Source: Macrostomum hystrix (Eukaryota > Animalia > Platyhelminthes). Taken from it: DNA of 64,000 nucleotides. Below the pieces are notes generated by a model that worked only from the letters and a program-made list of their open reading frames with translations, was not told the DNA's origin and did no database searches. The stretch is taken from NCBI GenBank assembly GCA_950097015.1, contig CATNEN010000038.1, forward strand, positions 14,136,001 to 14,200,000. The letters run 5' to 3'. Positions 1 to 11,300 of this stretch are shown piece by piece; the stretch's first letter is position 1; every line of letters starts with the position of its first letter. A program made the position numbers and the translations under genes.

Positions 1-420
1 TCTAGATGCTCAAAGCATTTGCAAGTTAACTCAAGCAACTTTCAGTTGTCGTGCAGTCTTGCATTTTCGCATTTTTTGCCCGGGTCTCATTCAAAATTTC
101 TGAACGACCGTTTGCTGCTTCGCATTGTCTTCCCAAGGTAGTTCAACAACCCCCTTGTTGGGAAGAATATTTAAACAAATTCTCATTTAGGAATAGTTTA
201 GGCCCACGCGTGTTAACCTCTCTTAGCACGCCTCTGTTAACACACTCTGCCATTTCTGTTTCCAGACTTTCTTGCTTCAAAGTCGAACCAAGCCATTCTT
301 AGAGACTTAAACTTGTTGGAGACAGACGCAGATCTGGCTGGAGGTTGCTCACACTCACTACTCTTGTCCAGCCATTGCTCTGTGCTCTGTGCTCAGTATT
401 TTACTTACTGCTCTATCCTG

Positions 421-935
<515 letters not shown>

Positions 936-1734
936 CAGTCTCAATTCTCATGTCTGTCTCCTTTCAACAGTCTGTCGGGCAGATCGCAAGCAGGCAGTTA
1001 GTCCGTGAGTTGCTCATCCCTACAGGCAGGAGCTGCGGATCTCGGTGGGAAAGCGCAGAAGAGCGCAGCTAGCAGGGAGCCACTCTGCTTGGTACACTTC
1101 GAGGAAACAAATGAGAGAAGACAGGGATGGTGGTGAGAATTGGGAACTGAAGACAAGTGCCACTCGACGCAAGGGAGGTAGCTAAAGTGAAATTCTCATC
1201 CATAGGGGGAGGATTATTCCACCTCCTGCAGCGTCCAACTATTAACGCGTGTTCCCCTGATCCCCAGTCAGGGGAGGGGAGGTGGGCAAAAAGAAATGGG
1301 ATTTACTGCATAGTGAGGGGAAATCTCAAACCAGGCGCTTAGGCCAGCGATGAGTGCATGGTGATTGAGGATGAAGGACTTGAAGAGTTTGGTGGCCACG
1401 CAGCCAGGACATGCATAATAAATTTTGCAGCGCGTGCGATAAGTTTAGAGTTGGTTGACGACTCAAAAATAAGAACTGAGCAGGCTACTTAGCAAGGGCC
1501 AAGAACTGCCTGACTGGGGTTGAAGCAGATCTCGCAGAGTGCACAGCCTCTCTGGGAGTCACGGAGGCATGCGTTGATGAATGGACGGGAGGCCCAAGCT
1601 ATCGCCCGCCGACCAAGCAATGCGGTCCATTTTTATTCCGCCAAGAAATTAAACGCGAAACTAATTTTCTTCTGGCCTCTCTGATGGCGCAAGTTAAACA
1701 GTTCAGCCAGCTTTAGTGCATACGTTTAATGCGT

Positions 1735-2245
1735 AGCTTTAAGGTCGGGGGTTCGATTCCCGACTGAACTGAAACAAATTGTGTGTGTCCTTTAGCAGGA
1801 CACTAAACTCATCGCTTGCCTCTCACCAAGGTCCCTAAGTTCGATTCCGCGGCGAGTCCACATTCATTTTAGGCGCAGCCGCGGAGAGAAGGCTTGGGGG
1901 CTTGTCGTGCAATTTACGCCCTCGAGAGCCAACCTCCAAGGCACAGTGAGAGTGTACACTGCCTGACGATGACACTGTGTGAGCGTGTGCCTGCGTACAG
2001 TATCTGTGTGCGTGTGTGCTCAGGAGTCAGCGAAATGTGCAGAATTGCCTCCTCGCTGGCTGCGTGTCCAGTGTCACCAAATGATGTGCCATTGCCCGCA
2101 GCCCTCCTGTAAAATTTTTTTTAATAAAATGGGTACCAGAATCAGGTGGGCTAATTGAGGCTGGCTGTGGCGTCCCACCTGTCTATGGACTGAACTGCCG
2201 TACGCAGCCTTCGAATGAGCTTCGCAATCAGTGCAGCTGTGCTGT
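1735..2245 (+). mobile_element. SINE family B (tRNA-like head, CORE-like body) interrupted by a SINE-A copy
   Basis: B-box GGTTCGATTCC at 1750-1760, gtgtcctttagcaggacactaaactc, then aaatgggtacc...ctatggactgaac...gccttcg; the same blocks occur at 36560-36780 (+) and 40360-40480 (-). Confidence 0.7.
1816..2110 (+). mobile_element. SINE family A copy, 5'-truncated, nested in SINE-B
   Basis: caaggtccctaagttcgattccgcggcgag...gcagccgcggagagaaggc...caggagtcagcgaaat...gcagccctcctg, shared with about 10 other copies in the window. Confidence 0.85.
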
Positions 2246-2354
2246 CTTGCCCAATTGGGGCAGGTGTAATCATATAGTACATTTAATTTATAGTTTTTTT
2301 CAACAAGTTTCGATTCGCATTCCAACACAGCTCATCGGTGCTTGTGTCAGCAGC

Positions 2355-5300
2355 ATGCCGGAACTCACACCTCTGACTGTGCTGCTGCTGCTGCTGCTTC
2401 TGACTCTGCCAGTCCGCTCGCTGCGCCTTGAACAACTGGACAGCTCGCCGCCTGCGGCCTGTCGATTCCGAGTCGAAGAGGAGCTGCCCGCCGGAGCCAC
2501 CATTGACAACTCCAGCCTGTACGCCTGCCTGGGACTCGAACCCCTGACTGGCGACACGCTGACCCTCACAAAGCCGCGCGGCTTCGATCGAGGCTGGGAG
2601 CGATTGCGTAACCTGCTCAGCATCGACGCCACGGGACACCTGAAGGTCATCGGTCGGCTGGACCGCGAGAGTCCCGACCTGCACTGCCCGGCGAGGCGGC
2701 AGCCCTGCCTGAAGATGCTGCAGGCGCAGCTGCAGAACTTCAACCAGCCGGCTGGCCGGATGCGCCTAGTCAACCTTCAGTTGGCCATCGAGGACAAGAA
2801 CGACAATGACCCGGCGTTTGGAACCGAAGGCCGGCTGGTTGAAGTGAAGGAGAACTCCATGGGCCAGCGTCGCCCGCTGCCAGTCGTTGTCGACCCGGAC
2901 GCCGGCGACAACGGCCGCACCGATGTCTACATTGTCGACAGCAGTCCGGAGCAACGGATGCGTCTAGACCGTCTAGACAATGCCACCGGCCAGCTGGTGC
3001 TGCTGATCGGCGACAAGCTAGACTACGAGATCCTCCGCAACTACAGCCTGACTCTGGAGGCGTGCGATCGCGGCCTTCAGCGCCGCTGCGCCAGGGCCGA
3101 GCTGCTGGTTCGCATTCTGGACGAGAACGACAACCCGCCGCGCTTCAGTCGGCCGATGTACCGCTTCGAACCCGTTCCGGAGGACCGATTCGCTCCGGGC
3201 GATCGGCAGCTTGTCGGCCGGGTTGACGCCGCTGACGCCGACGCTGGCGAGAACGCCCGCATCGTCTACAGCATGGAGTCGTCTGGACAGTCGGCGGCGT
3301 CGTCGTCTTTCGCGGTTGACGGAAACACCGGCGAGGTGTTTTTGGTCGGACCGGTGAACGCTGCCGGAGATGCCACCATCGAGTTTACGGTGCGGGCCAG
3401 GGACAATGGCCTGGTGCCGCTGTGGACAGAAGCTCGGGTGCAGGTGAGTGTAGCTCGCATTGTTCCTAATACTCTTCCACCATTCTATCAGCTCCATTAA
3501 CAGTAACAAGACCACACTATTTTCCTCATGGGGAAAGACCACGTTGGTGTACCCCGACGAGAATCATTGAATATCTCGAATGTTTCATCGAATAAAGCGG
3601 AAAATTTTAGGCTGTCTTCATGGCCAATCGTTGAATATTTTTTGGGGTACAAAAAAGAAAAATGTGGGCATTTGAAATACCTGAGGTCTTTGTTCTGTTA
3701 ACGTTTTGCTGATCATAGCCTACTAACTCAAAATCCCCAGATACCGATCCGTGACATCAACGATCACAGTCCGGCTGTGGAGCTGCAGTTTCCTGCTCAG
3801 CGTCAGGGCCTCCTTCGGCCACTGCTGATGGAGGCGACTCCCGCGCCAAACACCTGCGCATTTCTCAAGGTCTGCCGGGTTTGTGGAGTGTGAGGCTTTT
3901 TGTAGAGGCTGGGGCTAGATTAAAATTGCGCCGTTTTTTTCAGGTCAGCGACGGCGACCTCAACGAGAATGGCCAGGTGTCCTGCAGCCTCGGCGATGGC
4001 TCCTACGGCTTCGCCCTGATCCCGCTGCCCGGCTCACCTGGCGGAGTCCGGCTGTACCAGGTGAACGCGACGCGAGTCTTCGACCGGGAGGCGCATGCCA
4101 GCGTCACCTTCCAGGTGGTCTGTCGAGACCACGGCGTGCCGTCTGCCCGGACCTCCAGCATAGCGGTCACGGTGGACATTGGCGACATCAACGAATGGCC
4201 GCCGGCCTTCAACAGCAGCGTGTTCACTGGCAACTCGGTGCCGGAGAACCGCGCCAACGCCCTGGCAGCGCGGGTCTTAGCTTACGACCCCGACGCCACG
4301 GCCAGCCTGCGGTTCGCCTTCAGCGACGAGGGCACCGCCAAGGGATGCTTCGTCATCGACAACCGAACTGGCGAAATTCGCACCAGGCGACCGCTGGATC
4401 GCGAAGACCCGGTGTTTCAGCACGACTCTCGCTCCATCTACGTTGTCAGCGTCCAGGTGTCCGACGGCGAGAGGGCAGCCACGGCGCAGGTGGAAATCCG
4501 CGTCACGGACGAGAACGACCATCGACCGCTGCTTGTGGGCTCCGGGCTGCTCTACACCAACGAGACCTTCGCCGACTCTAGCGTCTGGGACATGACCGTC
4601 GGCAAGCTGGCGTACACCGACGCTGACGATCCAACCACGGAGAACGCCGTGGCATCCTTCAGCCTACTGAGCAGCGAGCCGGTTTCTGAGAACGTCACGT
4701 TCCGGGTGAACGGCGCTGGCCGCGTGTCAGCGAACGGCCGTCTCGACCGAGAGAGTCAGGGGCGCTACCGCCTGCGGCTGCTGCTGCAGGACGAAGGCTC
4801 GCCGCGTCTGACTTCAACGGCCACGGTCACAGTCAGCCTTATGGACCTCAACGACAATGCGCCGGTGATCGAGGAACCAGGATTTCATCAGGTTAGCTAA
4901 AAAACTTCCTGCGACTCAACAACCAAACCTTCACCAACCCTGCATCAACTGATCCTTCACCAACCCTGCATCAACTGATCCTTCACCAACCCTGCATCAA
5001 CTGATCCTTCACCAACCCTGCATCAACTGATCCTTCACCAACCCTGCATCAACTGATCCTTCACCAACCCTGCATCAACTGATCCTTCACCAACCCTGCA
5101 TCAACTGATCCTTCACCAACCCTGCATCAACTGATCCTTCACCAACCCTGCATCAACTGATCCTTCACCAACCCTGCATCAACTGATCCTTCACCAACCC
5201 TGCATCAACTGATCCTTCACCAACCCTGCATCAAATGATCCTTCACCAACCCTGCATCAAATGATCCTTCACCAACCCTGCATCAAATGATCCTTCACCA

Positions 5301-8300
5301 ACCCTGCATCAAATGATCCTTCACCAACCCTGCATCAAATGATCGTCCAAAAACACTTAAAGAGCCTCAGAGCCGAACCCGCCCGACCGCAGGTAATTGA
5401 GGTGACGGACGATCACACGCCAGGCATGGCCATCTACAGCGTCCGCGCTCACGACCCGGACATCTGCCAGCTTGACAGTGATATTGGGCCGCCCAGAAGA
5501 CTCACCGGCAGGGACTGTCACTCCGCGGCGGGACTGTCAATGCGGCTCAGTCAGCGAACCCGAATCCTGGCCGTCAACGCCACCACAGGCGAGCTCCGGG
5601 TGGTGAACCCGCTGACGCCAGGACTGCACAGCTTCAACCTGACCGTGACGGATCGGGGCAGTCCGCGGCCGCTGTCATCAACGGTGCAGTTCGCTGTGCG
5701 AGTTCGCCGAAGCGAGAGTCCATTCGCCCTTGGCGGAGGTCTGGGCGCGGCCAGCAACTGGACATTGCTCCTAGTTGTTGTGGTGGCGTCCAGTTTCCTC
5801 ACCCTGGTGCTAGTGATCGCCATTGTGCTGCTGAATCGGCGACAACCCTGCGACCTGACTGGCGCCAGTCGAAGTCGCAGAAGACGCCGCGACGGCTACA
5901 GCGGGCCGAAGGATCAGCACTGCCCGGAGACTGTTGGCGACACTTCGGCAACCACTGGAGCCGCCGCCGCAGCCACTCCAGCTGGCACTTCAACTGGCTC
6001 AGGAGCTTTCCATGGCGATCAACGGCCGGACTGCATCGGACCGCTGACTACCTTCGGGCACGGCATGCACCACATGGGCACTCTGACACGAGAGGTATGT
6101 CCTGAAGGTGTCCTGAAGGTGATATCCTATAGGTGGTGTCCTGAAGGTGGAGTCCTGAGGGTAGTGTCCTGTAGTGGGTGTCCTGAAGGTGGTGTCCTGA
6201 AGGTGGTGTCCTGAAGGTGGGGTCCTGAAGGTGGTGTCCTGAAGGTGGTGTCCTGAAGGTGGTGTCCTGAAGGTGGTGTCCTGAAGGTGGTGTCCTGAAG
6301 GTGGTGTCCTGAAGGTGGTGTCCTGAAGGTGGTGTCCTGAAGGTGGTGTCCTGAAGCTGGTGTCCTGAATTACATTATTTTATTTTTTTTCACTTAAATC
6401 AGGATTTGTTTACAATAACTCTGCTGGAACCTTAATATGGATGAGAGGTTGTCATTTAGGAGATGATTAATGGTTGAGTCCAAAAGAATCTGTGGAACCT
6501 GATTTAGTGTTATACCGCTGCTGACAAATTAATTGAGCAAATCTTGCAGGTCTGACGGAGCTCAGAGGGGAAAATTCAGTGGGACTCCCGTACAGTTATT
6601 GGTTTGAGCAGAAAAATCGCAGTGTGTGATGGCTTACTCCAGCCTGCTCAGGCCAGTGATTAAGCATATTGGATTTTTTTGTACTTCCGCTTTTGCGCCT
6701 CTGCCGACATTTTAATTTTGGTCCAAGCGCGATAGCTCTCTTCATGCCGTCAGCTGATTCCATCTGTCTCTTGTCTCCCTCCCCTTCTCTCCCTCTCCTT
6801 CTCTCCCTCTCCTTCCCTCCCTCTCCTTCCCTCCCTCTCCTTCTCTCCCTCTCCTTCTCCCCCTTTCAGTCTCTCCCTCACCTTCTCTCCCTCTCCTTCT
6901 CTCCCTCTCCTTCTCTCCATCTCCTTCTCTCCCTCACCTTCTTTCCCTCTCTTTCTCTCCCTCTTCTTCTCTCCCTCACCTTCTCTAACTCTCCTTCTCT
7001 CCATCTTCTTCTCTCCCTCACCTTCTCTAACTCTCCTTCTCTCCCTCTTCTTCTCTCCCTCTTCTTCTCTCCCTCACCTTCTCTTACTCTCCTTCTCTCC
7101 CTCTTCTTCTCTCCCTCACCTTCTCTAACTCTCCTTCTCTCCATCTCCTTCTCTCCCTCACCTTCTCTAACTCTCCTTCTCTCCATCTCCTTCTCTCCCT
7201 CACCTTCTCTCACTCTCCTTCTCTCCATCTCCTTCTCTCTCTCTCACCTTCTCTAACTCTCCTTCTCTCCCTCTCCTTCTCTCCCTCTCCTTCTCTCCAT
7301 CTCCTTCTCTCCCTCACCTTCTTTCCCTCTCCTTCTCTCCCTCTCCTTCTCTCCATCTCCTTCTCTCCCTCACCTTCTTTCCATCTCCTTCTCTCCCTCA
7401 CCTTCTTTCCCTCTCTTTCTCTCCCTCTTCTTCTCTCCCTCACCTTCTCTAACTCTCCTTCTCTCCATCTTCTTCTCTCCCTCACCTTCTCTAACTCTCC
7501 TTCTCTCCCTCTTCTTCTCTCCCTCACCTTCTCTAACTCTCCTTCTCTCCCTCTCCTTCTCTCCCTCTCCTTCTCTCCCTCACCTTCTCTCCCTCTCCTT
7601 CTCTCCCTCACCTTCTCTCACTCTCCTTCTCTCCCTCACCTTCTCTAACTCTCCTTCTCTCCATCTCCTTCTCTCCCTCACCTTCTCTCACTCTCCTTCT
7701 CTCCATCTCCTTCTCTCTCTCTCACCTTCTCTAACTCTCCTTCTCTCCCTCTCCTTCTCTCCCTCTCCTTCTCTCCCTCACCTTCTCTCCCTCTCCTTCT
7801 CTCCCTCACCTTCTCTCACTCTCCTTCTCTCCATCTCCTTCTCTCCCTCACCTTCTTTCCCTCTCCTTCTCTCACTCTCCTTCTCCCCCTTTCCGTCTCT
7901 CCCTCTCCTTCTCTCACTCTCCTTCTCTCCCTCTCCTTCTCTCCCTCACCTTCTCTCCCTCACCTTCTCTCACTCTCCTTCTCTCCATCTCCTTCTCTCT
8001 CTCACCTTCTTTCCCTCTCCTTCTCTCCATCTCCTTCTCTCCCTCACCTTCTTTCCCTCTCCTTCTCTCCCTCTCCCTCTCCCTCTCAATCTGTCTTTCT
8101 CTCTCTATCTTCCTCTCGATCTCTCTTTCTGATGGTATCACTTCCTCGCATGCAACTTCCATAATCTTATTATTGCCTGATGCAACTCTGTTCTTTTGTT
8201 TGGCATTTCATCATGTCCCTCCGTCTCCGTCTCCGTCCTGAATCTCCTCTATCTGAGTCCTTCTAAATATCGTCACTGGGCGCCTTCATTCTCCCATTAC

Positions 8301-11300
8301 CAATCTTCTCCCCTATCCACTAATTAATATCTGTGTACCTGGGACCGTATCCGCTTCAATCTTTACAATACGCATGGGGAAATTAATTTCCTGCAAGATG
8401 CATTTGATCTTAGCTCGTACAGTGGGGGCCTACTCTGAGCGCATTCATTCATCAGTTATCAAGATGTTGCTCGCGACACAAGCATTGTTAATACTCCCTA
8501 TAGTATGATCGTGCGCCTACAATGGCCCAACTTTCTCAACAATATCCGAAAACAGAGCACCTCTTTCCTGTTGATGTAATAATTACCGGAAACATAATTA
8601 CAAGAATTGCATTGCGAATCAAGTTAACAGTCACGCGAGTATACAATTAGCTTGACGAATAAAAACTATGCTGTACCAAACAAGACCTAACTTTTTAATT
8701 ATACCGGAATTTCTTTATTTCTCATGCACAACAGTTCCACTGAGCACAATGGCCCAGTTCTGTTCTCAGCATCGTAGACTTATATCCGCTAAGAAATTGC
8801 TCGTATGTATCTTTTCTGAACTAGATAGCAACTTAACTAGTTTTTTTAGCATTACAAATGCTGACTAGAAAGGAATATTCAAATTACCTGTGATCAGTAA
8901 AGCTGAGGATATTATAGTCAACTGAGGGGATAATATATTCAAACTGAAGGGATAACATATTCAAACTGAAGGGATAATATATTCAAACTGAGGGGATAAT
9001 ATATTCAAACTGAGGGGATAATAGTTAAACTAAGGGAATAACATTAAACTGAGGGTAAACGCAACTAAACGTAACTCGTTTTTACGACTTTCGGGGGTAT
9101 TTCAAATACCCACATATTTTTTTCTGTATCTCCTAAAATATTCAGCCAAACGCCATGAAAATCCAGAACATGGGCTAAAATATTCCACTCTATCCGATGA
9201 AACAACTTCCAGAACCACAAAACATCGCCATCGTCAAGATATTCAACGATTCTCGTCGAAGTTTCTGGTGGCAAAAACCACAGATATGCGAGGCATAATT
9301 TTTCTGCTCACAAAATTGCATGCTGTAACCATGTCGGCTGTCGGTTTAAGAACCGGATAGCAGGGCAAGGTACCGTATGATGAGCACATTGGGCGGCTTG
9401 GCTTCTCGTGGTTTGACAGCTCGGAGCTGATAAGGCGTATGAGTTAAGATGGTTCATCTACAATTTCGTATTAGTCCATATCAGGGTGCTCAATGCGATT
9501 CAAGCACCGGGCATGCCTTTTGAAGTACCTGTGAACTGAATGACATGTCACAAGCTTGTGTGTGATTTTGAGAGTCCCGGATTTCGTCTTCGAGAGCCAC
9601 TTTGCATCACGACTGCTGACTGACTGACTCCAAAACAAGATTTCACTAACCCCGACGCAGAATCTGGATACTTCACTTTAAAATATTTAAAGTTTCAAGT
9701 CTCATAAAAGCTTCAATAAATGCGACTCCGAAACCGAAACGATTTCCAACTCAGAATTGAATTCTAACTTTGCATTCTCGATGACGTCAGTGACTGTGAC
9801 ACGTGAACAGTTGTTATCTGACTGCCTTAGTGCAGATTAAGTGGGCCTTCCGTGTTGAATCCGCCTTGACCAACTTTTTAGCGGCTTCACATCATCAACT
9901 CCTCATTACTCCCCACTTCCACTCACCCCGCCTCCACTCATCAGCTCTCACCCTTCTGTTCCCCGCCTGTCCGCGGGACATTTATCCCAACTCCTTCCCA
10001 GCAATACCAATTTATTTCCTTCGAAATCGCACACCACCAGACCGAAGCGGCAGTGATTGATCGATTGGCCACGCCAGATGGCAGAGTCGCGGCCCCTGTT
10101 ATGCCACCTCCCACAGACTTTGGCGATCTGGGATAGTAAAAAATGAGGCAACGGGGGAGCGTTTCTCCTCTCCTCTCAGTTCTTCCCCTTAAGCTTGGCC
10201 ACGCCCCCCCCTCAACCGTCGCAAGGGTGTTTGGCAGCTGATGATGAAGGATAAAGGAGTAGGATTTTACGCAGCCACACCTTGACTGAAGCTGTCTTAT
10301 CTTATCCTTGATATAAGCGAACATGCAAATCGAGCCCCAGAGAGATGGAACCTGCATGCTCGCTGTGTGAGTCAGTCCGTCAGTCAAGTATACCATGCCT
10401 GCTGACCCTAGGATAAAGGGGAAAATTAGTGGGATGGATTTCCCCATTAGGCTAAAAGTCAATCGAGTCTGTCCAATACAGTTTCATAACCTCCAGCCTG
10501 TCGGGAATCTATCGCAGCAATGGACTAGCTTGTTAGCTAGAGATAATCTAGTTTCTAAATAATGGGATTTTTCTTTTTTTTATTAAATACTTCGTCCATT
10601 CAGTTTGTCTCCCAACGAAATTGTAATCCCAGATGGGCTTAATTAGGTGAGGTAAGAATCCTTATGAATTTTAATGGACTAATTGCCCCGTCAGAACCTG
10701 TATTAAAATTATATTCAGCTCGAAAATTCTTATCATATTCAACGCTAGTAATTAGAGTTAATTAACTCACATCTCCCACTCGCACAACATGACTAACATC
10801 TCGAGGGCTCATTGCAATTATCTGCGACTAGAGTTAGATTGATCGAGTAATGGTCTCTGTCTAACAGGTTCGATTCTGTCTAACAGGTTCGACTCTGTCT
10901 AACAGGTTCGAGTCTGTCTAACAGGTTCGACTCTGTCTAACAGGTTCGATTCTGTCTAACAGGTTCGATTCTGTCTAACAGGTTCGATTCTGTCTAACAG
11001 GTTCGATTCTGTCTAACAGGTTCGATTCTGTCTAACAGGTTCGATTCTCTATCTAACAGGTTCGACTCTGTCTAACAGGTTCGAGTCTGTCTAACAGGTT
11101 CGACTCTCTGTCTAACAGGTTCGAGTCTGTCTAACAGGTTCGACTCTGTCTAACAGGTTCGACTCTGTCTAACAGGTTCGAGTCTGTCTAACAGGTTCGA
11201 CTCTCTGTCTAACAGGTTCGATTCTCTGTCTAACAGGTTCGATTCTCTGTCTAACAGGTTCGACTCTCTGTCTAACAGGTTCGATTCTCTGTCTAACATG

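Noticed and set aside
4928-5342. CRISPR-like appearance of 26-39-bp repeats here and elsewhere
   Set aside because: Units are head-to-tail with no unique spacers, there are no cas genes, and the context is eukaryotic.
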